IMG/VR virus record: IMGVR_UViG_3300021961_000063
Location: 11,207-75,206 of that record
Strand: one strand, 5' to 3'
Origin: a virus
Length of the DNA stretch: 64,000 nucleotides
Shown: in pieces, positions 39,601 to 49,389 of the stretch
Layout: each line of letters opens with the position of its first letter
Position numbering within the stretch: the stretch's first letter is position 1
Position numbers and translations under genes: made by a program
The notes under the pieces: model-generated
What the model was told of the DNA's origin: nothing
Seen by the model: the letters and a program-made list of their open reading frames with translations, nothing else
Databases searched by the model: none

Positions 39601-40546
39601 AAAGAAAAAAATACCAGCTATTGTAAAACAAATTAAGCAACACAACTTACGAGAAGTTAACTACGCTTACGAGAAGTCAATTTCTTATAGTCAGTTGTCT
39701 ATGTTTACCGCTTGTCCCCACAAGTGGAGTTTACAATATAAAGACGGTTATTACACGTCTGAATCGTCTATTCATATGACGTTCGGAACAGCACTGCACG
39801 AGGCATTACAACACTATATAACAACTATATACGAAGTAAGTGCTGCAGCTGCTGACCGAATTGATTTAGAGGCTTATTTTGAGGAACGTTTTAGAGAAAC
39901 ATACCTTAAAGATTATAAATCAAATAAAAATGTTCACTTTTCTAACTCTGTTGAAATGAGAGAGTTTTTTGAAGATGGACTAGCTATTATAAACTTTGTT
40001 AAAAAGAATAGAGGCGGTTATTTTGGTAAACGAGGCTGGCATTTAATAGGCTGTGAAGTACCTATTTTACTCAACCCACACCCAGGATTTAAAAACGTAT
40101 TGTATAAAGGTTATCTGGATGTAGTTTTGTATAATGAATCAACCAACAAATTTAAAATTATGGATATTAAAACATCTACTAAAGGTTGGGATGATTACGC
40201 TAAAAAAGATGAAATTAAACAGATGCAATTAATTTTATATAAGAAATTTTTTGCTCAACAATTTGGTGTTTCCGAAGACAATATTGATATAGAATATTTT
40301 ATTGTTAAAAGAAAAGTATGGGAAGAATCCCCTTATCCAATCTCTAGGATTCAAGAATTCAAACCAGCAAGTGGTAAAGTAAAACTTAATAAAGCAACAA
40401 ACACAATTACTTCATTTATTGAAAGTGTGTTTAATCAAGATGGTTCCTACAAAGATAAAAAATACGAACCAAAACCTGATAAATTTACTTGCAGATTTTG
40501 CCCTTTTAAAGATAATAAAGAACTTTGTCAGTTTAGTGTATCTTAA
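39593..40546 (+). CDS. PD-(D/E)XK Cas4/RecB-like exonuclease
   Basis: ISYSQ..CP, FGT.LH, GYLD, DIKTS, Q..LY, CRFCP...C. Confidence 0.85.
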   Translation: MAKKKKIPAIVKQIKQHNLREVNYAYEKSISYSQLSMFTACPHKWSLQYKDGYYTSESSIHMTFGTALHEALQHYITTIYEVSAAAADRIDLEAYFEERFRETYLKDYKSNKNVHFSNSVEMREFFEDGLAIINFVKKNRGGYFGKRGWHLIGCEVPILLNPHPGFKNVLYKGYLDVVLYNESTNKFKIMDIKTSTKGWDDYAKKDEIKQMQLILYKKFFAQQFGVSEDNIDIEYFIVKRKVWEESPYPISRIQEFKPASGKVKLNKATNTITSFIESVFNQDGSYKDKKYEPKPDKFTCRFCPFKDNKELCQFSVS

Positions 40547-40587
40547 AGAATCCACATATATTTATATACGACAAATAAATAAAGATT

Positions 40588-40782
40588 ATGACAAATAAAA
40601 AGGATATGACATTAACCTCTGTAAAAGTACAGAGTGAGTTGTTCGAGAATTTCAAGATTGCTTGTGTTAAGTACAAATTTTCTTTACAAAAACTTGCTGA
40701 CCGCACTATTCATTTGTATCTTACTGATGAAGATTTTCGTAAAAAAGTACACTCACACAACAACTTAGAAATTAAAGACTAA
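40588..40782 (+). CDS. Small putative DNA-binding (RHH-like) protein
   Basis: LTSVKV..ELF..FK strand-helix-helix pattern. Confidence 0.5.
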   Translation: MTNKKDMTLTSVKVQSELFENFKIACVKYKFSLQKLADRTIHLYLTDEDFRKKVHSHNNLEIKD

Positions 40783-40790
40783 AAAGAATT

Positions 40791-42227
40791 ATGAATTCAA
40801 GTTTTGCCTATCTTCCTCCTGATAAGAGGAAAAAGATATTGCTTATTACAGATGACATTAGAGTACATTCAGGTGTAGCTAATGTAGGTAAAGAAATTGT
40901 ATTACACACATCACAACATTTTAATTGGGTTTGTGTTGGTGGTTCAATCCAACACCCTGATAAAGGAAAACGTTTTGATTTGTCTTCATCAACAAATGAA
41001 GTAACAGGATTAACAGATACTTCTACTATTTTATACCCTGTTGATGGGTATGGAACACCCGAATTGATTCGTTTTTTAATGATAACTGAAAAACCAGATG
41101 CTATCTTGTTAATTACTGATCCAAGATACTTTACATGGTTATTTCAAATGGAAAATGAGATTCGTAAAGAAATCCCAATTGCCTATTTGAATATTTGGGA
41201 TGATTATCCCGCTCCAATGTATAATAAAGCCTATTATGAGGCTTGTGATTTGTTAATGGGTATTTCAAAACAAACAGTAAATATTAATAAACTTGTTTTA
41301 GGTGATAAAACAGAAGGTAGAATTTTTAAATATGTTCCTCACGGATTAAATCATGAAATATTTAAACCTTTAGATAAATCAGATCCTCAATTGTTAGAAT
41401 TTAAAAAACAATTATTTAAAGGTAAAGAATATGATTTTGCTTTATTATTTAATTCTAGAAATATTAGACGTAAACAAATTCCTGATACTATTTTAGCATA
41501 TAAATATTTTATTGACCAGTTACCTATTGAAGAAGCTAAAAAATGTATTTTTGTATTACACACAGACCGAGTATTTGATCATGGAACTGATTTAAATGCT
41601 GTAATAGAATTGTTGTGTAATGATGAAAAATATAATATTATATTCACAGATCAAAAGTTTTCACATGATCAAATGAATTTGCTTTATAACAGCACTGATT
41701 GCCAGATTTTATTAACATCAAATGAAGGTTGGGGATTGAGTTTAACTGAAGCTATTTTAGCAGGTAATCCTATTATTGCTAATACAACTGGTGGTATGCA
41801 AGATCAAATGAGATTTGAAGATGAAAATGGTAATTGGTTTACTCCTAGTGCTCAAGTTCCCTCTAACCATAGAGGAACCTATAAAAAACATGGTGGTTGG
41901 GCATTCCCCGTATTTCCGTCTGTAAGAACTCTTGTTGGTTCACCTCCAACACCTTATATTTGGGATGATATCTGTAGTGCTGAAGATGCTTCTAAACGTA
42001 TTATGGAAGTTTATAACTTAGACCCTACAGAACGTAAAGCTAGAGGCTTAATGGGTAGAGAATGGGCAATTGGTGAAGAAGCCGGATTTACAGGAGAAAT
42101 ACAAGGTAAACGAGTTATTGAAGCCTTTGATGAATTGTTCTCGACTTGGGAACCTAGAGAATATTTTGAATTCATTAACACTAATGAAGTCCCCGATAGA
42201 GTTTTAACCCACGAATTGATATATTAA
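40791..42227 (+). CDS. Glycosyltransferase (GT-B, GT4-like)
   Basis: SGVA, PHG, RNIRRK, NEGWGLSLTEA..G.PII. Confidence 0.85.
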   Translation: MNSSFAYLPPDKRKKILLITDDIRVHSGVANVGKEIVLHTSQHFNWVCVGGSIQHPDKGKRFDLSSSTNEVTGLTDTSTILYPVDGYGTPELIRFLMITEKPDAILLITDPRYFTWLFQMENEIRKEIPIAYLNIWDDYPAPMYNKAYYEACDLLMGISKQTVNINKLVLGDKTEGRIFKYVPHGLNHEIFKPLDKSDPQLLEFKKQLFKGKEYDFALLFNSRNIRRKQIPDTILAYKYFIDQLPIEEAKKCIFVLHTDRVFDHGTDLNAVIELLCNDEKYNIIFTDQKFSHDQMNLLYNSTDCQILLTSNEGWGLSLTEAILAGNPIIANTTGGMQDQMRFEDENGNWFTPSAQVPSNHRGTYKKHGGWAFPVFPSVRTLVGSPPTPYIWDDICSAEDASKRIMEVYNLDPTERKARGLMGREWAIGEEAGFTGEIQGKRVIEAFDELFSTWEPREYFEFINTNEVPDRVLTHELIY

Positions 42228-43519
42228 TGAAAAATACAGTTGTAATTAGCTCACCCTTTGATACCTATTCAGGATACGGAGCTCGAGCTCGAGACGTAAT
42301 TAAAGCTATTTTAGCTACAGACAAATATGATGTTAAACTTTTAGCTCAACGTTGGGGCAATACACCTTTTGGATTTTGTAATGATAACCCAGAATGGGCA
42401 CACTTATTAAAATTAGTAGTTCCTAACTTACAACAAAAACCAGACATTTGGATTCAAATTACTATTCCAAGTGAATTCCAACCAGTAGGAAAATACAATA
42501 TTGGAATTACAGCTGGAATAGAAACTACAGTATCCCCGGGCGATTGGATTGAAGGAATTAATAGAATTGATTTAACTTTAGTTTCATCTAATCATTCTAA
42601 ACAAATTTTCCAAAACACTCAGTTTGATAAAAAAGATAAAAATACAAATCAAACAGTAGGTATTACTAAAGTAGAAAAACCAATTGAAGTATTATTTGAA
42701 GGAGCTAATTTAGATATTTATAAAGCTTTAGATAAAATTCCACCAAGTGATTTAAATGATGCTTTAAAAGAAATTCCTGAATCCTTTGCTTATTTGTTTG
42801 TAGGACATTGGATTAATGGAGATTTGGGTGAAGATAGAAAAAATGTAGGTTTATTAATTAAATCGTTTTTCGAAACCTTTAAGAATAAAACCAACAAACC
42901 AGCATTGATTTTGAAAACATCTCAAGTAGGTTCTTCCTATATGGACCGAGAGGAAATTTTAAAGAAAATTAAACAAATTCGTAAAACAGTAAACTCAACT
43001 AATTTACCTAATGTTTATTTACTTCACGGTGAATTTACAGATGAGGAAATGAATGACATTTATAATCACTCCAAAGTAAAAGCTATGATTAGTTTAACTA
43101 GAGGTGAAGGTTTTGGTCGTCCCTTACTTGAATTCAGCCTAACCAAAAAACCAATTATTGCTTCCGGATGGTCAGGTCATATTGATTTCCTTAAACCAGA
43201 ATTTTCTAGTTTATTAAATGGTAAATTAACCCAAGTTCATCCTAGCGCTGCTAACCAATGGTTATTAGCTGAATCACACTGGTTTGCTCCTGATTTATTC
43301 CAAATAGGTCATTATTTAAAAGATGTATTTGAAAATTATAAAAACTATATTGATGGAGCAAAACGCCAAGCTTACTATAGTAAAACTAACTTTAGTTGGG
43401 ATGGTATGAAAGATTTGTTAGAAAAAATTATGAATGAAAATATTCCTGAATTTCCTAAACAAGAGAAGCTAAATATTCCTTTATCTTTACCTAAATTAGA
43501 AACAGTAAATGAAAATTAG
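42227..43519 (+). CDS. Glycosyltransferase (GT-B, GT4-like)
   Basis: SGYG, DRKN, GEGFGRPLLEF, SGH.DF. Confidence 0.85.
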   Translation: MKNTVVISSPFDTYSGYGARARDVIKAILATDKYDVKLLAQRWGNTPFGFCNDNPEWAHLLKLVVPNLQQKPDIWIQITIPSEFQPVGKYNIGITAGIETTVSPGDWIEGINRIDLTLVSSNHSKQIFQNTQFDKKDKNTNQTVGITKVEKPIEVLFEGANLDIYKALDKIPPSDLNDALKEIPESFAYLFVGHWINGDLGEDRKNVGLLIKSFFETFKNKTNKPALILKTSQVGSSYMDREEILKKIKQIRKTVNSTNLPNVYLLHGEFTDEEMNDIYNHSKVKAMISLTRGEGFGRPLLEFSLTKKPIIASGWSGHIDFLKPEFSSLLNGKLTQVHPSAANQWLLAESHWFAPDLFQIGHYLKDVFENYKNYIDGAKRQAYYSKTNFSWDGMKDLLEKIMNENIPEFPKQEKLNIPLSLPKLETVNEN

Positions 43520-44150
43520 TTATGCGATATTAACCCACAATGAAGGGGAATACATTAACAAATTACTCAATCTATTAGTTAATACTAAACGACCAGAGGA
43601 TGAAATTGTAATTGTTGACGATCACTCAACCGATGAACTTACTAAACAATATTTAAACGAATATAAACCACATATTAAACTATACTACAGAGAATTTGAT
43701 GGTGACCATACCCAGAAAAATTATTTAAATAGTTTATGTACGGGTGATTATATTCTTCAATTGGATGCTGATGAATTAGTTTATCCTGAATTCATTAATA
43801 TTTTACCCTCTTTATTAGAAAATAACTCTCAGGTAGATTTATTTATTATGCCTCGTATTAATACAGTAGAAGGATTAACTCCTGAATACATCCAAAAATG
43901 GAGATGGAATGTAAATGAAAAAGGATGGGTTAATTTCCCTGATTGGCAAATGCGTCTTTATAGAAATTGTGATTGGGTAAAATGGGAAGGTTTACTTCAT
44001 AGTAAAATCGAAGGACATAAAACTTATGTTTTTTTACCTACTGAAGAAATATATTGTCTTCTCCACCCTAAAGAAATAGAAAGACAAGTCGCTCAAAACG
44101 ATTTATATAATAAAATTGAATTAAACGGAAAAACTAAATACAAAGTATAA
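43509..44150 (+). CDS. Glycosyltransferase family 2
   Basis: THNE, VDD.S.D, LDADE, PDWQ.R. Confidence 0.88.
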   Translation: MKISYAILTHNEGEYINKLLNLLVNTKRPEDEIVIVDDHSTDELTKQYLNEYKPHIKLYYREFDGDHTQKNYLNSLCTGDYILQLDADELVYPEFINILPSLLENNSQVDLFIMPRINTVEGLTPEYIQKWRWNVNEKGWVNFPDWQMRLYRNCDWVKWEGLLHSKIEGHKTYVFLPTEEIYCLLHPKEIERQVAQNDLYNKIELNGKTKYKV

Positions 44151-44731
44151 TGGAAAACAATCAAATACCTAAATTTATTTACATTCATATACCTAAAACC
44201 GGAGGTAGTTCGGTAAAAGAAATATTTAATCAAACGGATTATATCAAAACTATAGGTCATGTTCATGGACTCCAACAAAAACTTCCAATTCCCACATTTA
44301 CATTAGTTAGAAACCCATATTACCGAACATTATCTGCTTATAATTATCTTTGTACGGGCGGTGATGGGAATGAAGCTGATTTAAGAGATCAAAAAAGATT
44401 TTTTGAAGGATTTGAACCTACTATAGAACACTTTCATGTTTTTGTAAAAGAAAAACTAAAAGATATTATATGGCAACAAGTCCATTTTTTACCCTTAACT
44501 TATTTCTGTGTGTTTGAAAGTAACTTACTAATCGATTTTGCTATGAAGTTAGAAGAATTAGATTCTAGCTGGAAGGGATTATGTGATTACTTAGGGATTG
44601 ATACTCCTTTAATTAAAACAAATGAAGGTCCTAAAATAACAAACAAAGAAGAATGGTTAACACCTGAAATTAAAGAAATTATATATGAAATTTACCAACC
44701 GGATTTCATTAATTTCCAATATGAAAAATAA
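44150..44731 (+). CDS. Sulfotransferase (family 2)
   Basis: 5'PSB HIPKTGGSS, 3'PB VRNPY.R.LSAY, HF.P, Y..DF..F.Y. Confidence 0.85.
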   Translation: MENNQIPKFIYIHIPKTGGSSVKEIFNQTDYIKTIGHVHGLQQKLPIPTFTLVRNPYYRTLSAYNYLCTGGDGNEADLRDQKRFFEGFEPTIEHFHVFVKEKLKDIIWQQVHFLPLTYFCVFESNLLIDFAMKLEELDSSWKGLCDYLGIDTPLIKTNEGPKITNKEEWLTPEIKEIIYEIYQPDFINFQYEK

Positions 44732-44777
44732 ATTTAAACTTGGATACTAAAAAACAAAATATTATATTTAATAAATT

Positions 44778-45233
44778 ATGGATAATTTAACAATATGTGA
44801 TCGCTGTGGCTCCGATGCTTGCTATGTAGACGAAGTCAATATGGATATTAAAACCTATTTCTGTTATGGATGTGGTTTTCAATCTAATTCTTTAATGAAG
44901 GAAGGTGAAGAGTTTTATGATCAACAATCATCTGTTTTACCTGAACTGTATAAGGATTTATTTCACAAAGATGAATCAGGTAAAACTTGGATGCCTTCAG
45001 CAGTAAATATTCCTGAAAAAGGAATGGTATTTGCTAATGGTTCTGGAATAAATGATTGGCATTGGTCAGCAATAAAATCTACTCCTATTAAAGAGGAAGA
45101 CCAACACAAATACAAAAACGCTAAAAACCCTAAACAAACCTATAAATTCAAAATGGATATGGAAACTATGAAAAATTTTCCTGAAAGAGAATTTATGGAC
45201 GCCTTAAGTTACATTGGAGCATTACCCGAATAA
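44778..45233 (+). CDS. Zn-ribbon hypothetical protein
   Basis: CDRCGSDAC...CYGCGF. Confidence 0.65.
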   Translation: MDNLTICDRCGSDACYVDEVNMDIKTYFCYGCGFQSNSLMKEGEEFYDQQSSVLPELYKDLFHKDESGKTWMPSAVNIPEKGMVFANGSGINDWHWSAIKSTPIKEEDQHKYKNAKNPKQTYKFKMDMETMKNFPEREFMDALSYIGALPE

Positions 45234-45235
45234 TT

Positions 45236-45685
45236 ATGATATATTGGTTTACAGGCCAGCCAGGTCACGGAAAAACAGTTTTGTGTAATCACTTAAAAGA
45301 TTACTTAGAATCTAACTACACAAAACAAATTATCCACATTGATGGAGATGACATTAGAGAAGTATTTCAAAACAAAGATTACTCAAAAGAAGGTAGAATT
45401 AAAAATATTACCTTTGCTCAAAATTTAGCTCACTTTTGTAACCATAAAGGTTTTGATGTTGTAGTTAGTGTTGTAGCTCCTTATAAAGAAGTTAGAGATT
45501 CATTTAAGGAAAGAATGGGTAGTGAAATGGTAGAAGTTTATGTTCACACTACTGAAATTAGAGGTAGAGAACAATTTCACGTAGCTGAATACGAAGCACC
45601 TACCGAAAACTTTATAGATATCGATACAACAGAAGAATCACCTGAGGGTAGTTTGGTAGAATTAGTTAACCAAATAGGAATATGA
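45236..45685 (+). CDS. cysC: Adenylylsulfate (APS) kinase
   Basis: WFTGQPGHGKT, IDGDDIR, YS..GR..N, YEAP. Confidence 0.85.
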   Translation: MIYWFTGQPGHGKTVLCNHLKDYLESNYTKQIIHIDGDDIREVFQNKDYSKEGRIKNITFAQNLAHFCNHKGFDVVVSVVAPYKEVRDSFKERMGSEMVEVYVHTTEIRGREQFHVAEYEAPTENFIDIDTTEESPEGSLVELVNQIGI

Positions 45686-46035
45686 AAAAGAATACCTATT
45701 TTTTTGACATTGATGGAACTATTTTCAAATATAGACAATTTGATTTAATCCCTAAAACCAAACCAGAGGTAATTAAAAGTACTAGAAAACAACTAAAAGA
45801 GTGGTACAACGAAGGACACCACATTATTATATGTACTGCTCGTCCCTATGATTTAAAAATACATACCCTAGTTGAGTTGCAAGACAATGATATACCCTAT
45901 CACCAGATAATTATGGGTTTAGAACGAGGACCAAGATATATTGTTAATGATATGGACCCCACTAAGGAAGGTAAACGAGCAATTGGAATTAATTTAATTA
46001 GAGATAAAGGATTTACAGATTATGAATTGGACTAA
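45682..46035 (+). CDS. HAD-superfamily phosphatase
   Basis: DIDGT, CTAR, R..VND. Confidence 0.75.
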   Translation: MKKNTYFFDIDGTIFKYRQFDLIPKTKPEVIKSTRKQLKEWYNEGHHIIICTARPYDLKIHTLVELQDNDIPYHQIIMGLERGPRYIVNDMDPTKEGKRAIGINLIRDKGFTDYELD

Positions 46036-46414
46036 AAAAATACACGTACCTTCTTCACTACAACGTAAAGAAGGACAACACGCAATGTTTATTGGACGTT
46101 GGCAACCACTACATGATGGACACAAAGGATTGTTTCAACAAGCAATGGATGAGGGCAAACATGTTTTGATTTGCATTAGAGATATCGCTCCTGATGAGAA
46201 AAACCCATTTACAGCACAACAAGTACTAGAAAACATTACCTCAGTCTATGAAAATGAACCCCGAGTTAAAGTAATAGTTATTCCCGATATTTGTTCTGTT
46301 GAATTTGGTAGAGGTGTCGGTTATGATATTATTGAACACATCCCACCAACAGAAATTGGAGAAATATCAGCAACAAAAATACGTGAGCAAATGAGGGCCG
46401 ATGGTAAGTTATAA
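46022..46414 (+). CDS. HIGH-superfamily nucleotidyltransferase
   Basis: FIGRWQPLHDGH, NPF, GR.VGY, ISATKIR. Confidence 0.8.
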   Translation: MNWTKKIHVPSSLQRKEGQHAMFIGRWQPLHDGHKGLFQQAMDEGKHVLICIRDIAPDEKNPFTAQQVLENITSVYENEPRVKVIVIPDICSVEFGRGVGYDIIEHIPPTEIGEISATKIREQMRADGKL

Positions 46415-46610
46415 GCGACATATAGCAAAAACTATTACTTGGAGAATACTAGGAACTATTGATACTATTCTTTTAGGTTGGTTTATTACTGGTAGTTGGG
46501 CTATCGGTTTATCTATTGGGGGAGTTGAAATGATTACTAAAATGGTTTTATATTTCCTACATGAACGTGTTTGGTATAAATGGATTAAATTTGGTTTAAA
46601 TAAAGATTAA
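46401..46610 (+). CDS. DUF2061-like small membrane protein
   Basis: R..AKTITWR..GT.DT...E..TK..LYF.HER.W. Confidence 0.8.
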   Translation: MVSYKRHIAKTITWRILGTIDTILLGWFITGSWAIGLSIGGVEMITKMVLYFLHERVWYKWIKFGLNKD

Positions 46611-46611
46611 T

Positions 46612-46770
46612 ATGGTATTCGGATTTTATAGTAGAAATGATAAGATGGAAGAACTAGTTGGTAGAACAGTTACTACTTCCCGACTTAAAGCAGCTAAATA
46701 TTTTGCTGAACGTAAACAATTACCCCTAAAAGAATTTTTGAAAATTTTTGGTGTAAAAACAATTATATAA
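46612..46770 (+). CDS. Small hypothetical protein (52 aa, not in ORF track)
   Basis: MVFGFYSRND...AAKYFAERKQL; TAATG overlap. Confidence 0.5.
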   Translation: MVFGFYSRNDKMEELVGRTVTTSRLKAAKYFAERKQLPLKEFLKIFGVKTII

Positions 46771-47177
46771 TGAATATGACAGGTCTTTTTAAAGGTTTCG
46801 GAAAAAATTTAAATCTAAAACTAAGAGGTGAGGATAAATCTTTTGGAAATAATAAAAAAACATTTATTAAACTTATAGACACCTTTGACCAATTAGTTCA
46901 ACGTACTTATTCTATTGAAGAAGATACCGGTCTTATAATGGAACGTTATGAAGAACCTTTCTATATTTTAATTGAAAGTCTATTTTATTTAAACTATGAG
47001 GATTGGAAAGCGGAACTTATTATGTGGTATGTTTATGAGCGTTGGGATGAAGATGGAGAAATATTACCCCTTAGTATCACAGATTTAGATACTGAAGTAG
47101 AAGAAGAAATCCTAATCAAAGATCCAGGTGAACTATATGACCTATTTAAACGTATAGAAAAAAAATCAAAAAAATAA
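46770..47177 (+). CDS. Hypothetical protein
   Basis: 135 aa in operon. Confidence 0.6.
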   Translation: MNMTGLFKGFGKNLNLKLRGEDKSFGNNKKTFIKLIDTFDQLVQRTYSIEEDTGLIMERYEEPFYILIESLFYLNYEDWKAELIMWYVYERWDEDGEILPLSITDLDTEVEEEILIKDPGELYDLFKRIEKKSKK

Positions 47178-47181
47178 AGTT

Positions 47182-47484
47182 ATGAATTGTACAAAATGTG
47201 GTGAAGTAATTCCTGAGGGTAGACTTAAAGCACTTCCAGGAGCTAAAACATGCGTTGCTTGCTCAAATGCTAAAATGAAAGGTGTAGTAACAATCATGAA
47301 GGGTGAGGGAGACCACACTTGGATTGAAACTATCCATTTAGAGCATGATGAATATAAAGCATATGTTGAAGCGGAAAATAAATTACGTAAAGCAGGTAAT
47401 AAATTATTTGACTCTACGGACGAATCACCAGAAATTCCTTATGGTTTTAGTGAAACTAAAATAGATAAAACACCTAATGCCTAA
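47182..47484 (+). CDS. DksA/TraR-type C4 zinc-finger protein
   Basis: CTKCGEVIPEGRLKALPGAKTCVAC. Confidence 0.75.
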   Translation: MNCTKCGEVIPEGRLKALPGAKTCVACSNAKMKGVVTIMKGEGDHTWIETIHLEHDEYKAYVEAENKLRKAGNKLFDSTDESPEIPYGFSETKIDKTPNA

Positions 47485-48118
47485 AGCACGTCCACTTTCA
47501 AAGGAAGAGATTGTAGCAGCAATGTCAAAAACCAAATCAGTACGTAGTGCTGCTAGGTATTTGAATTGCTCATATCAACACCTTAAAAAGTGGATGAAAT
47601 TGTATGATGGCGCTAATGGTCAGAGTTTATTTGAGGAACATAAAAACCAATCAGGTAAAGGTATTCCTAAATTTTTAAGCAATGCTCCGTTTGGTAGAAA
47701 AGAACCAGCAATTTTAGATATTATAAATGGCGTAACGGATCCCTCTAATTTTAATCCTCAAAAAATTAAATATAGATTAATCGAAGGTGGTTATTTAAAA
47801 GAAGAATGTAATAATTGTGGTTTTCATGAACGTAGAGTATTAGATTATAAAATGCCCTTAATACTCCATTTTAAAAACGGAAATAAACAAAGTTACAGAT
47901 TAGATAATTTAGAAATGCTCTGCTACAACTGCTATTTCCTTTCAGTTGGAGATTTATTTACTGGCAAACAAGTTGAACAAATGGAAGACCATACCCCAAG
48001 TAAAGAAAAAGAACCAGATTGGGAAGTAGATGATTACACACAACAACGACTAAAAGAATTGGGATTATATGATTCTAAACCAGATGATGATCCTTATGAT
48101 TTGGTATCTAGACTCTAA
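47477..48118 (+). CDS. HTH plus HNH-like protein
   Basis: S.RSAARYL HTH; C..CG...L.LHF.NG.....LDNL..LC.NC. Confidence 0.7.
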   Translation: MPKARPLSKEEIVAAMSKTKSVRSAARYLNCSYQHLKKWMKLYDGANGQSLFEEHKNQSGKGIPKFLSNAPFGRKEPAILDIINGVTDPSNFNPQKIKYRLIEGGYLKEECNNCGFHERRVLDYKMPLILHFKNGNKQSYRLDNLEMLCYNCYFLSVGDLFTGKQVEQMEDHTPSKEKEPDWEVDDYTQQRLKELGLYDSKPDDDPYDLVSRL

Positions 48119-48130
48119 ATATTTATAATT

Positions 48131-48286
48131 GTGAAAAAGAAAAAGCACGATAAGTTGGTTAAAGATTACGATAAACAAAAAGAAAAACATCTTGAAAAAC
48201 TAGCAACTAAAAAACTAAAAGATCAAGATAAAACCGACCACTTACGTACAAAATATATTGACACGGACTTTTTAAACTTATTTTAA
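48131..48286 (+). CDS. Small basic protein (51 aa, not in ORF track)
   Basis: GTG start after ATATTTATA; MKKKKHDK... Confidence 0.5.
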   Translation: MKKKKHDKLVKDYDKQKEKHLEKLATKKLKDQDKTDHLRTKYIDTDFLNLF

Positions 48287-48287
48287 C

Positions 48288-48596
48288 ATGGCAGGCGAAA
48301 TTACAGTCAACAACACCGAGGAATTTCAGGAAATGGTTGACAGAAAAGATTTTAGAATAGCAAAAGCAATTGTTGAGTCTATTCTAGACAATATAGAAAC
48401 TAAAAAACGTAATATTCACATATTATCTGTGGCCTGCGTAGAAGATAATGCTATCTATGATTTAACTTTAGATAGAAAATTCTTCGCTGATACCTTAGAG
48501 GAAAATTTGAGATATTTTATTGAGCAAGAAAAATACGAAGAATGTCAACGTATTGTAGAAGCTATCGATAAACTAAAAAAGAAAAAATCTTCTTAA
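48288..48596 (+). CDS. Hypothetical protein with C-terminal UVR-like helix
   Basis: F...EKYEEC..I. Confidence 0.6.
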   Translation: MAGEITVNNTEEFQEMVDRKDFRIAKAIVESILDNIETKKRNIHILSVACVEDNAIYDLTLDRKFFADTLEENLRYFIEQEKYEECQRIVEAIDKLKKKKSS

Positions 48597-48648
48597 TTTA
48601 ACTTGATTCTTTAAAAGTCAAATATTATATTGACAACAAAAATAAGTT

Positions 48649-49215
48649 ATGTTTTACAAGTATGACAACGAGTGGCTGACCTGGAAAAAGGATTGGAAAA
48701 AACTCAAAATCTCCTTAGGAGTAGTTGGTTTACTTATCGTAGGTTCATTTGTAGGTGGACGTTACGCTAAATTTGAAGCATTAGATGATTTGGAAAAAGA
48801 AATCCTAATCCTAGATCTACAAAACGAGAGAAACCGATTCACTGAGGAAAAATTCATTGATGAGCTTAAACGATTGAATGTTAAGTATCCACACATTGTA
48901 ATGGCTCAATCAATTTTAGAAACCGGACATTGGAAAAGTCAAGTATTTAAAGCAAATCACAATTTGTTTGGAATGAAACAAGCAAACATTCGAATTAATA
49001 CTGCTAAAGGAACTAATTTGAATCATGCTTACTATGATAATTGGCAGGAAAGTCTTTATGACTATGCTTTCTATCAGTGTCGTTATATGAGTAGTGTTCA
49101 TAGTGAAGAAGATTATTTCTTAGCATTAGATGCTTCATACGCTGCTGCTGGAGGGGATTATTCAAAAGCACTTAAACAAGTAATTGAAAGAGAAAACATT
49201 AAAGCAAAATTCTAA
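48649..49215 (+). CDS. GH73 glucosaminidase-like peptidoglycan hydrolase with N-terminal TM anchor
   Basis: AQSILETG, NLFGMK, Y..W.ES..DY, YA...Y. Confidence 0.82.
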   Translation: MFYKYDNEWLTWKKDWKKLKISLGVVGLLIVGSFVGGRYAKFEALDDLEKEILILDLQNERNRFTEEKFIDELKRLNVKYPHIVMAQSILETGHWKSQVFKANHNLFGMKQANIRINTAKGTNLNHAYYDNWQESLYDYAFYQCRYMSSVHSEEDYFLALDASYAAAGGDYSKALKQVIERENIKAKF

Positions 49216-49239
49216 TAATGAAGCCATGTATGTATAGGC

Positions 49240-49389
49240 ATGGCAGCAAAAAAATCATCATCAATAAGTGCATCTTCTTCCTATAAAGAGAAGCCTAAGA
49301 AAAACAACAAGGGAGTTCACGCTAAAACAAAAACTAGCAAATCTAAAAACTCCACTAATTACAAAAAGTTATCAGTAGGCCAAGGTTAA
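49240..49389 (+). CDS. Small Lys/Ser-rich basic protein (49 aa, not in ORF track)
   Basis: MAAKK...GVHAKTK.SK.K.S.NYKK.SVGQG. Confidence 0.6.
   Translation: MAAKKSSSISASSSYKEKPKKNNKGVHAKTKTSKSKNSTNYKKLSVGQG

Noticed and set aside
39593-40546. CRISPR-Cas system suggested by the Cas4-like nuclease
   Set aside because: No repeat-spacer array or other cas genes; solo PD-(D/E)XK nucleases are common in phage replication regions
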